NCBI GenBank assembly: GCA_964628295.1
Contig: CAZVLS010000005.1
Coordinates: 192,931 to 256,930 of the forward strand
Length of the DNA stretch: 64,000 bases
Source of the DNA: an uncultured Acidobacterium sp.
Lineage (GTDB): Bacteria; Acidobacteriota; Vicinamibacteria; Vicinamibacterales; UBA2999
Direction: 5' to 3'
Shown: positions 29,001 to 38,339 of the stretch, piece by piece
How the letters are laid out: each line of letters opens with the position of its first letter
Position numbering within the stretch: the first letter of the stretch is position 1
The notes under the pieces: model-generated
What the model saw: the letters and a program-made list of their open reading frames with translations, nothing else
Databases searched by the model: none
What the model was told of the DNA's origin: nothing
Program-made: the position numbers and the translations under genes

Positions 29001-29806
29001 CCGGAACGCCGGTTTGGAGTGGAATGCTGCCGGACCTCACGCCATTGGCGGCGCGACCCGATGGCGGTGTCGCTGCGCTCGACTGGAGTACGGGCGAGTT
29101 GGCGATGGTGAGTGCCGTCGGCGATATCGAGTCTCGACAGCCGTTCGGTCTCGACTGGCGGTCGGTGAACACGGGCGGCGACTGGATCGGATTGCGAGGC
29201 GAGGCCATTTCGTCCGTTGTTGGGCAGTTCAGCGATGCGACGCGGTTTGCGCTGTTTGATCACAAGACCGGGCAGCTCAGCGAACGACGGCCAGGGAGAG
29301 GCATTTTCGCGAAGAGCCACGCGGTGATGCTTGGGCTGACCGCTCAGCACGTCTCGTTGCGGATCGTCCCTTCGTATCCCAAGTTCTGGGAGCCACTCTT
29401 GCCCAACTTTCTGATCCACAGAGATGAGTATCGGAATCCGTTCTTCACCATCGGCGCCGGAACTGGCAATGGTGATACGAGCATCTTCTGCACGGGCACG
29501 CTGACGAAGGGCATCAATCGACCGAGTGACGTCGAGATCAGGCCAGTTCAACTGGAGGCGTTGCCCGTCGATGCACTCGAAGAGATTCGGCTCATCAACG
29601 ACTTCAAGGTCTACTTCGACAACTATCCGGACGATCTGCCATATGCCTGCGTTCCAGAGACGAACCCGGGCAGGTACAACTCGAACTCGTTTGCCAGCGG
29701 ACTGTTGCTCAAAGCAAGAGCGCCGCTGCCCATGTTTCCTCTACGAGGCACGATCGCGCCGGGGTGGCCGACGCCGGTGCCTGCCGCGAAGTTCGATCGT
29801 CAGTAG
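26045..29806 (+). CDS. giant secreted multidomain protein: 7 RCC1 repeats, Ig-like domains, Big_2-like domain, beta-propeller-like region, unknown C-terminal domain
   Basis: The ATG at 26045 is preceded by GGAGGA, with signal-like 'MKRGLLYAATIALLAVPWAP'. Seven repeats of '..AAG..HS/T.AL...G.V..WG.N..GQLGDG' span 26156-27172. 'DTVPPVI..' and '..GAGNTSS' Ig-like modules follow, then 'VVALSGNEPPGIAALGPGTATVVAEKDGLRAEAVIRV' (Big_2-like) and a W/G-rich propeller-like section. Confidence 0.8.
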   Translation: MKRGLLYAATIALLAVPWAPVRTASSTGEGPIERRHVGGGSIAAGRAHTVIARPDGTVFAWGDGRRGQLGGGGYGDRLSPAEVPELVGIVSVSAGAAHTVALSVAGEVFAWGANTFGRLGDGTRKRRARPVRITGLGAVKMIAAGRAHTLALTADGRVFAWGANTSGQVGNGKKAAVLSPLHVQGLSDVAAIAAGGAHSLAVTRDGRLYAWGSNEFGALGDGTTKDRGTPVLVDLRDVVSVAAGGAHSLALVRSGAVYSWGRGSDGELGTGITKVARTPKLITGLAATVIAAGLHFSGAITTGGQVVTWGANQAGQLGDGTRTRRLRPVPVIGLQAASALALGSLHSAAVTIDGDVRTWGEGESGRLGSGGESDQTAPQEIISNLPDWGSEPAEDPEPVDTVPPVIRAVVSPPLTDGWMTTPVTVSFQCADEVAIASCSQPLVVDQDGVTTVAGTAADGAGNTSSAEVTIKLDLHPPMATIAELPESSNAEDIVVSGSVTDAGSGVTGVTCNGKPVVLDAGTYHCALHLRPGRNDFVVQARDAVGHETFSSVTVSRVGAPTALFLTPASRTVGVDEVSRFTLRDEFGARVEGASWSVDDDTVVALSGNEPPGIAALGPGTATVVAEKDGLRAEAVIRVVPALAAGEERWSLPSTLLLSPEPPLFANRVSPDSPHMFAVDYEDWDRKVVRAVSSEGEVLWQQHVPGVPLMADAFGGLVAGVLDEIGDTRAFIRTGGGTTKSWRYDSLGILDRPAQAYDGTIYAVESIPNGKLVEGHEMRDKFAIVIDGLSGRLVARSRLEPDLNQYDSKYDGQTIPSVPPELCRSYRYEYAPEVVGPIAGADGLGYLAVRRHRIVKNDLCNEPRARRPERNIEMGIDLVVLSRTESPKFISLYSTSCHGTLGTALPCDHPVRAIQLLPDGTGGTIVTWERGTQMVGQSVVVQKAMTLIDGDTRIEREVPFNFSIELVGQGGMALTYGDGWKALDARTGTPVWSGMLPDLTPLAARPDGGVAALDWSTGELAMVSAVGDIESRQPFGLDWRSVNTGGDWIGLRGEAISSVVGQFSDATRFALFDHKTGQLSERRPGRGIFAKSHAVMLGLTAQHVSLRIVPSYPKFWEPLLPNFLIHRDEYRNPFFTIGAGTGNGDTSIFCTGTLTKGINRPSDVEIRPVQLEALPVDALEEIRLINDFKVYFDNYPDDLPYACVPETNPGRYNSNSFASGLLLKARAPLPMFPLRGTIAPGWPTPVPAAKFDRQ

Positions 29807-29824
29807 CTAGAAAGGATGGCCGCG

Positions 29825-30094
29825 ATGCGAAGTCAGTCTGGACTCCTGGTTCTTCGGTTCATTGCGGCCGTCATCCTCGCCAGCGTCGCGTTGCTGTTGT
29901 TTGCGGCCCTTGATCGGTCTGTCCCCGCTTCGATGAGACTGACGTTGCTTGTTCTTCCGGCATCCATCTTGGTCGGGTTTCTGCCGTTGCTGCACTGGTA
30001 TCGGCGCGATGCGTATCCGATCGGGCTACTCTTCGCGCCCGCTGCGTACTACTGGCTGAGGTTCCTTGGCCGGACGAGCGGTCTCACTGACTGA
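29825..30094 (+). CDS. small three-helix membrane protein
   Basis: ORF 29816..30094. The ATG at 29825 has better spacing to AAAGGA. Hydrophobic segments are 'LLVLRFIAAVILASVALLLFAAL', 'LTLLVLPASILVGFLPLL' and 'IGLLFAPAAYYWL'. It begins 10-19 nt after the giant gene stop. Confidence 0.4.
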   Translation: MRSQSGLLVLRFIAAVILASVALLLFAALDRSVPASMRLTLLVLPASILVGFLPLLHWYRRDAYPIGLLFAPAAYYWLRFLGRTSGLTD

Positions 30095-30181
30095 TTGGAG
30101 TCATGCGTCATGGCGTCGCTGCTCGAGTCTGCCTGGAGTCTACGCTTCCGCAGCTACAGCCGGCCAAGCGAAGCGGTTTGT

Positions 30182-30272
30182 CGCGTGGGAGCACTGCTGG
30201 GCCGCGGGACCAGCCGGGCAAAGGCCGTCTCCTCCCGGGAGAACGGCAAAAAGGGCGGCCGGCCCCGACGCG
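30182..30272 (+). promoter_or_regulatory. candidate glycine riboswitch aptamer in the gcvT leader
   Basis: Candidate P1 CGCGT (30182-30186) / ACGCG (30268-30272). It is followed by GGGAG, hairpin GCTGG..CCAGC, 'GCCGGGCAA', hairpin CCGTCTCC..GGAGAACGG and 'GGCAAAAAGGGC'. These are partial matches to the GGAGAG / CCGAAGGGGCAA / CUCAGGCAAAAGGAC blocks. The position directly upstream of gcvTHP is the classic context. Hand alignment only. Confidence 0.35.
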
Positions 30273-30346
30273 TTGCGCCTTGACCCTTCACGGATTGGCA
30301 AAGTACCATTCGAGGGTTCGCCGCTGTCGCGGCGGGCCCTCCATTA

Positions 30347-31468
30347 ATGACTGAAACCGCGTCCGGCCCGCTCAAGAAAACACCCCTTCACGCTTCACAT
30401 GTTGCCCTCGGCGCCCGCATGGTGCCATTCGGTGGATGGGACATGCCCGTCGAGTACTCCGGCATCACCGCGGAGCATATGGCGGTGCGCACCGCTGCCG
30501 GGCTGTTCGACGTCTCCCACATGGGCGAGATGGAGATTGCCGGCAAGGGCGCGCTCGAAGCCGTGCAGCACATTACGTCCAACGACGCCTCGAAGCTCCA
30601 GGTCGGACAGATCCAGTACTCGGGCCTGACGACGCCGGAAGGCACGTTCGTCGACGACCTGCTCGTCTACCGCTTCGGGCCGTCGCACTACTTGCTCGTC
30701 ATCAACGCCGGCAACATCGACAAGGACGTGCCGTGGATCACGGCGCGCGCCAAGGAGGTGTCGCCGGACGTGGCGCTGGTCAACTCGAGCGATCGCTACG
30801 CCCTGATCGCCATCCAGGGGCCGAAGGCGCAGGAGATCCTGCAGACGCTCACCGCGATCGACCTGCCGGCCATCAAGTACTACTGGTTCGCACACGGCGA
30901 AATCGCCGGCGTCCGCGGCACCGTGTCGCGCACCGGCTATACCGGTGAAGACGGCTTCGAAGTGATGGTCCCGCCCGCCATGGCCAGCAAGGTGTGGGAC
31001 GCGCTGCTCGAAGCAGGGAAGCCGCACGGCATGATCCCCGCCGGCCTGGGCGCACGCGACACCCTGCGCCTCGAAGCGTCCATGCGCCTTCACGGCAACG
31101 ACATCGACGAAAACACCACCGTCGTCGAAGCCGACCTCGGCTGGATCGTCGGCTGGAACAAGACCGAGTTCCTCGGCCGCGACGTGCTGCACGCCCAGAA
31201 GGCCAACGGCGCACCGAAGACGACGGTTGGATTCGAAATGACCGAACGCGCCATCGCGCGACACGGTCACGAAGTTTTCCACAACGGCGAGAAGGTCGGC
31301 GTCGTCACCAGCGGCACGCAGACACCGTTCCTGAAGAAGGCGATCGGTATGGCCCACGTGCCGCCGGCGCTGAAGACACCCGGCACCGAACTCGAAATTG
31401 ACATCCGTGGTCGCAAGGCGAAGGCAGTCGTTGTGCCGATGCCGTTCTACAAGCGTCCGAAGAAGTAA
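30347..31468 (+). CDS. gcvT: glycine cleavage system aminomethyltransferase (T protein)
   Basis: 'KKTPLHASHVALGARMVPFGGWDMPVEY', 'GLFDVSHMGE', full-length GcvT. Confidence 0.95.
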   Translation: MTETASGPLKKTPLHASHVALGARMVPFGGWDMPVEYSGITAEHMAVRTAAGLFDVSHMGEMEIAGKGALEAVQHITSNDASKLQVGQIQYSGLTTPEGTFVDDLLVYRFGPSHYLLVINAGNIDKDVPWITARAKEVSPDVALVNSSDRYALIAIQGPKAQEILQTLTAIDLPAIKYYWFAHGEIAGVRGTVSRTGYTGEDGFEVMVPPAMASKVWDALLEAGKPHGMIPAGLGARDTLRLEASMRLHGNDIDENTTVVEADLGWIVGWNKTEFLGRDVLHAQKANGAPKTTVGFEMTERAIARHGHEVFHNGEKVGVVTSGTQTPFLKKAIGMAHVPPALKTPGTELEIDIRGRKAKAVVVPMPFYKRPKK

Positions 31469-31488
31469 CCAGAGATCAGGACCCACAC

Positions 31489-31862
31489 ATGGCTTATCCG
31501 ACCGACCTCAAATACACCAAAGAGCACGAGTGGATTCGCGTCGAAGGTGACACCGGCGCCATCGGCATCACCGACTTCGCACAACAGCAGCTGGGCGACG
31601 TGGTCTACGTCGAACTGCCGGAAGTGGGCTCGACGATGACCGCTGGGCAGGTGTTCGGCACCATCGAATCCGTGAAGGCGGTGTCGGAACTGTTCGCGCC
31701 GGTCACGGGCGAAGTGGTCGAGACCAACAGCTCGCTGAAGGATCGTCCCGATCACGTCAACAGCCAGCCGCACGAGACGTGGATGGTCAAGGTGAAGCTG
31801 GCCAACGCCGGCGAGACCGCCGCGCTGATGGACGCCGCCGCTTACGAGCAACTGATTCAGAA

Positions 31863-31866
<4 letters not shown>
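31489..31866 (+). CDS. gcvH: glycine cleavage system H protein
   Basis: '[11 protein letters not shown]', lipoyl-lysine context '[18 protein letters not shown]'. Confidence 0.95.
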
Positions 31867-34778
<2,912 letters not shown>

Positions 34779-34784
34779 CCTGGG

Positions 34785-34816
34785 GCTAGCCCGCTAGCCT
34801 GCTAGCCCGCAGGCCT
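34785..34816. repeat. tandem octamer array (4 units, family GCWRGCCY)
   Basis: GCTAGCCC GCTAGCCT GCTAGCCC GCAGGCCT. It fills the 40-nt spacer between the convergent gcvP and VOC genes. Confidence 0.85.
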
Positions 34817-34818
34817 GT

Positions 34819-35190
34819 CTAGCGGTGTTGGTCGACCAGGACCGGATTTCCATCGGGGTCCGTCAGCACGAAGCTGGCGGGCCCCGTTGTGCTTTCGTCG
34901 GCTTCGCTGACGAATGCCACGCCTTGCGCCTTCAGCCGCTTCTGTAGTTCTCGCACGTCCGTGAACGGATCGACGTTCTTCGCATCCTGGTTCCACCCGG
35001 GATTGAAGGTCAGCATGTTCTTCGGGAACATGCCTTCGAACAGGCCGATGATGTGCGGACCGTTCTTCAGGATGATCCACTTGTTCTCGATGACGCCGCC
35101 CAGCGTGGTGAAACCGAGCTTCTCGTAAAACGCCTTGGAGGCGTGGATGTCCTTGACGGTGAGGCTGATGGAGAATGCTCCGAGTTCCAT
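34819..35190 (-). CDS. VOC/glyoxalase-family protein
   Basis: From ATG 35190: 'MELGAFSISLTVKDIHASKAFYEKLGF..' and 'FVLTDPDGNPVLVDQH'. The 35191-35451 extension of the listed ORF lies inside the upstream gene. Confidence 0.75.
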   Translation of the reverse strand: MELGAFSISLTVKDIHASKAFYEKLGFTTLGGVIENKWIILKNGPHIIGLFEGMFPKNMLTFNPGWNQDAKNVDPFTDVRELQKRLKAQGVAFVSEADESTTGPASFVLTDPDGNPVLVDQHR

Positions 35191-35192
35191 GA

Positions 35193-35717
35193 CTACGCGG
35201 CCTCCGCGGACTTGGTCTTGAGAACGGCGGCCGAGATCAAGGTGATCAGCAGCCCGACTGGCAGCGGTTCGGTGAATGAGACCGCCGCGTTGATCAGGGG
35301 ATTGTCCAGCATGGCGATCGCATCGCGGCCCTGTTGGAGCGCGACGTCGATCTCGGCCTGGCTGGCGCCCCGCGCCTGCGCCGACTCCACGATGTAGGCG
35401 GCGTACTTCTCCCCGAACCCGTCCATGAAGCCGTAATACATCACCAGCCACGACGCCACGTAACAGACCGACGAGATCAGCGTGATCAGCAGGCCGGCCT
35501 TGAACCCGGCCCCGAACGACATGTGGCCGCCGAGCACGTTGTCGCGGTACGAGCGGACCCCGAAGTAGACAAACAACATCGAGATGAGGATCGTGGTGTA
35601 GCCGACGTAAACGGCGCGATCGAAGCCGATGCGCTCGGCAAACGGCAGCGTCAGGAACATCAGGCCGGTAACGACCGCGCCTGACAGTAGACCGAAGGTA
35701 ATAACGACTTTCTTCAT
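35193..35717 (-). CDS. DUF4199-like four-helix membrane protein
   Basis: 'MKKVVITFGLLSGAVVTGLMFL..', four hydrophobic helices, 174 aa. The stop lies 2 nt before the VOC start. Confidence 0.6.
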   Translation of the reverse strand: MKKVVITFGLLSGAVVTGLMFLTLPFAERIGFDRAVYVGYTTILISMLFVYFGVRSYRDNVLGGHMSFGAGFKAGLLITLISSVCYVASWLVMYYGFMDGFGEKYAAYIVESAQARGASQAEIDVALQQGRDAIAMLDNPLINAAVSFTEPLPVGLLITLISAAVLKTKSAEAA

Positions 35718-35819
35718 AGGTGTCTCGAAATCTCCTTGCCCCGGAATCTAGTCGTCCAACAGCCCAGACGTCGTCATTCTTTCGGATGATTCTGCGGTTT
35801 TCGGCGACAAATCACCCGT

Positions 35820-36299
35820 TCAGGCGATCAGCCGCTGGCTCTTCGCGATCTGCACGGCCTGCGTCCGCCGGCTTGCGCCGAGTTTGTCGAACACCCTACT
35901 GGTATGGGTCTTCACGGTGTTCTCGCTTACGAACAACCGGTCGGCCAGCTCCTTGTTGCTGAGGCCGTCGGCGATCAGCTGGAGCACCTCGAGTTCACGT
36001 GGGGTGATGCCGAGGGACTCAATTCGCGCGGCGTCCGCCACGAACGGGCCGGCCGGGGCGGGTACGGGAACTTCGACCGTGACCTCCTTGACGACTTCCT
36101 TGACGGTCACGGGGCGACCGGTGATCGTCAGGCCCAGCCAGATGCCCAGCGCCGCGAACGCGGCGGCCAGGATCGTTGCGTAAATTTCCACCGAGTGTTC
36201 GAGCACCAGGAATCGGTACTGGACATACTGCATCGCCACGATGAGCAGTCCGCCGCAGGCGCCGTAAATCGCGAGGTGTTTGAAGCCGGCCAACGCCAA
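35820..36299 (-). CDS. membrane-tethered LuxR/FixJ-type HTH regulator
   Basis: C-terminal 'ITPRELEVLQLIADGLSNKELADRLFVSENTVKTHTSRVFDKLG'. N-terminal helices 'FKHLAIYGACGGLLIVAM' and 'IYATILAAAFAALGIWLGLTI'. The start is uncertain: TTG 36299 is used and ATG 36233 is the alternative. The listed ORF up to 36701 overlaps nnr. Confidence 0.6.
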   Translation of the reverse strand: MALAGFKHLAIYGACGGLLIVAMQYVQYRFLVLEHSVEIYATILAAAFAALGIWLGLTITGRPVTVKEVVKEVTVEVPVPAPAGPFVADAARIESLGITPRELEVLQLIADGLSNKELADRLFVSENTVKTHTSRVFDKLGASRRTQAVQIAKSQRLIA

Positions 36300-36323
36300 A
36301 GATGATGCTACAGTTTCCAGAGA

Positions 36324-37904
36324 ATGCGCATCCTCAACGCCGATCAGATGCGCGAGGCCGACCGCCGCACCATCCAGGACATCGGCATCGCCTCGCTGGT
36401 CCTGATGGAGAACGCCGGGCGCCAGGTCGTGGCCGCCATAGAATCCCTCTATCCGGACCTCGCCGAGCGGCGCATCGCGATCGTGTGCGGTAAAGGAAAC
36501 AACGGCGGCGACGGCTTCGTCGTGGCCCGGACCCTGCAACAGCGCGGCTTCGACGTGTCGGTGTTCGTCATCGGCCGCCTGAGCGAGATCAAGGGTGATG
36601 CGCGCACCAACCTCACGATCCTCGGCAACATCGGCCAGACGGTGGTTGAGATCGCCGAAGAAACCGCCTGGGAATTGCACGGCGCGGAAATCGCCGACCA
36701 CGACCTGATCATCGACGCGATCTTTGGCACCGGGCTGTCACAACCGCTCAGCGGATTCCTCGAGACGGTCGTCGCTGACATCAACGAGGCCGGCGTGCCG
36801 ATTGTCTCGATCGACCTGCCGTCCGGGATGTCCGCAGACACCGCCGATACGATCGGTTCGTCGATCGAGGCGACGGTGACGGTGACGCTCGCCGCGCCGA
36901 AGCTGCCCCTGGTGCTGCCGCCCGCGGAGATGTCTGCCGGGGAGGTCGTGATTGCCGACATTGGCATTCCTGCCGGAGTCCTGGAGCAGCTCGAGGGACC
37001 CCGGATCGACCTGATGACGCGCGAGCAGATGCGCGCGTTGATTCAGCCGCGCGCCGCTGATGCGCACAAGGGCGACTTCGGCCGCGTGCTCGTGGTGGCC
37101 GGCTCAATGGGGAAGGCCGGCGCCGCGGTGCTATGCGCTCAAGGCGCGATGCGAGCCGGCGCGGGACTCGTCACGGTGGCGTCGCCCAAATCGTGCCAGC
37201 CCACGATCGCGGCGCACGCCGTGGAGTACATGACGGAAGGCCTCGACGAAACGAACGAAGGCACCGTGCATTACGCCGCGGTGGATTCGGTGCTCGACCT
37301 CGACGCGGACGTGCTGGTGTGCGGACCCGGCCTCGGGCGCGGGGAGGGCGTGACGACGTTCGTTCGCGAGTTGATCGACAAGTGGGAAGGCCCGCTCGTG
37401 CTCGACGCGGACGCGCTGAACGCCTTTGCGGATGAACCCGCTCTGCTCGTCGGCCGCGAAGGGCGCGATCTCATCATCACGCCGCATCCGGGTGAAATGG
37501 CGCGGCTCGTGGGCTGCACCGTCGAGGATCTGCAGGCGGATCGCATCGGCATCGCCACCGACTTCGCCAAGCGCCACCAGCTCTACGTCGTGCTCAAGGG
37601 CTATCGCACCTTGATCGTGACGCCGGATGAAAAGGTGTTCGTCAATCCCACCGGCTGCCCGGGTATGGCCACCGGCGGGACCGGTGATGTGCTCGCGGGT
37701 ATGCTCGCCGGCTGGCTCGCGCAGTTGCTCGACGCCGAGGCGGCGTGCAAGGTGGCGGTCTACATCCACGGATCGGCGGGCGAACTCGCGGACGCCGACA
37801 ACGGCGAGATCTCGATGACGGCGGGCGATCTTGTCGAGCATATCGGCGATGCGATCCTCGAAGTCACGGCCCGCCGGCGCGTCGCCAATAAAGCGTCCGA
37901 GTGA
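36324..37904 (+). CDS. nnr: bifunctional NAD(P)H-hydrate repair enzyme (epimerase / ADP-dependent dehydratase)
   Basis: YjeF-N 'GKGNNGGDGFVVAR' and YjeF-C carbohydrate-kinase part 'HKGDFGRVLVVAGS..GTGDVLAG'. Confidence 0.9.
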   Translation: MRILNADQMREADRRTIQDIGIASLVLMENAGRQVVAAIESLYPDLAERRIAIVCGKGNNGGDGFVVARTLQQRGFDVSVFVIGRLSEIKGDARTNLTILGNIGQTVVEIAEETAWELHGAEIADHDLIIDAIFGTGLSQPLSGFLETVVADINEAGVPIVSIDLPSGMSADTADTIGSSIEATVTVTLAAPKLPLVLPPAEMSAGEVVIADIGIPAGVLEQLEGPRIDLMTREQMRALIQPRAADAHKGDFGRVLVVAGSMGKAGAAVLCAQGAMRAGAGLVTVASPKSCQPTIAAHAVEYMTEGLDETNEGTVHYAAVDSVLDLDADVLVCGPGLGRGEGVTTFVRELIDKWEGPLVLDADALNAFADEPALLVGREGRDLIITPHPGEMARLVGCTVEDLQADRIGIATDFAKRHQLYVVLKGYRTLIVTPDEKVFVNPTGCPGMATGGTGDVLAGMLAGWLAQLLDAEAACKVAVYIHGSAGELADADNGEISMTAGDLVEHIGDAILEVTARRRVANKASE

Positions 37905-38317
37905 CGAAGACACATCCGTCGAACTCCGAAGCCGAGACGCGAGCCTTTGCGGCGCGTTTCGCGTCCACGCTCAAACCGGGAGATGTCCTGCTTCTGTCCG
38001 GGGATCTTGGCGCCGGCAAGACGGCATTCACGCGCGGCCTGGCCGAAGGTCTCGGCATCGATACCTCCGAAGTGACGAGTCCGACCTTCACGCTCGTGCA
38101 CGAGTACCGTGGCGGCCGCCTGCCGCTGATCCACGTCGACCTGTATCGACTCGATCGGGCCGATTTGGATGAGATCGGGCTGGATCAGGATCTTGCGGAC
38201 AAGGGCGTGGTCGCGGTCGAATGGCCGGAGCGATTGTCGCGGCCGATTAAGGGCGCGATCTCGATCCGCATCACCGATCGTGGTGGCGACGCGCGCGAAG
38301 TTGAGATTGGGGTCTGA
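37901..38317 (+). CDS. tsaE: tRNA t6A37 biosynthesis ATPase TsaE
   Basis: 'LSGDLGAGKTAFTRGL', 'SPTFTLVHEY', 'HVDLYRL'. 4-nt overlap with nnr. Confidence 0.9.
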   Translation: MTKTHPSNSEAETRAFAARFASTLKPGDVLLLSGDLGAGKTAFTRGLAEGLGIDTSEVTSPTFTLVHEYRGGRLPLIHVDLYRLDRADLDEIGLDQDLADKGVVAVEWPERLSRPIKGAISIRITDRGGDAREVEIGV

Positions 38318-38339
38318 CCCCAACCTCAACGGGGTGCGA

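Noticed and set aside
30185-30283. Mini-ORF VGALLGRGTSRAKAVSSRENGKKGGRPRRVAP, and the longer listed ORFs 30066..30347, 30095..30283 and 30103..30354
   Set aside because: These are not annotated as CDS. The three listed ORFs are mutually overlapping frames in a structured leader directly upstream of gcvT, where a glycine riboswitch is expected. The mini-ORF reading is kept as an alternative in the findings because I cannot run a covariance model.
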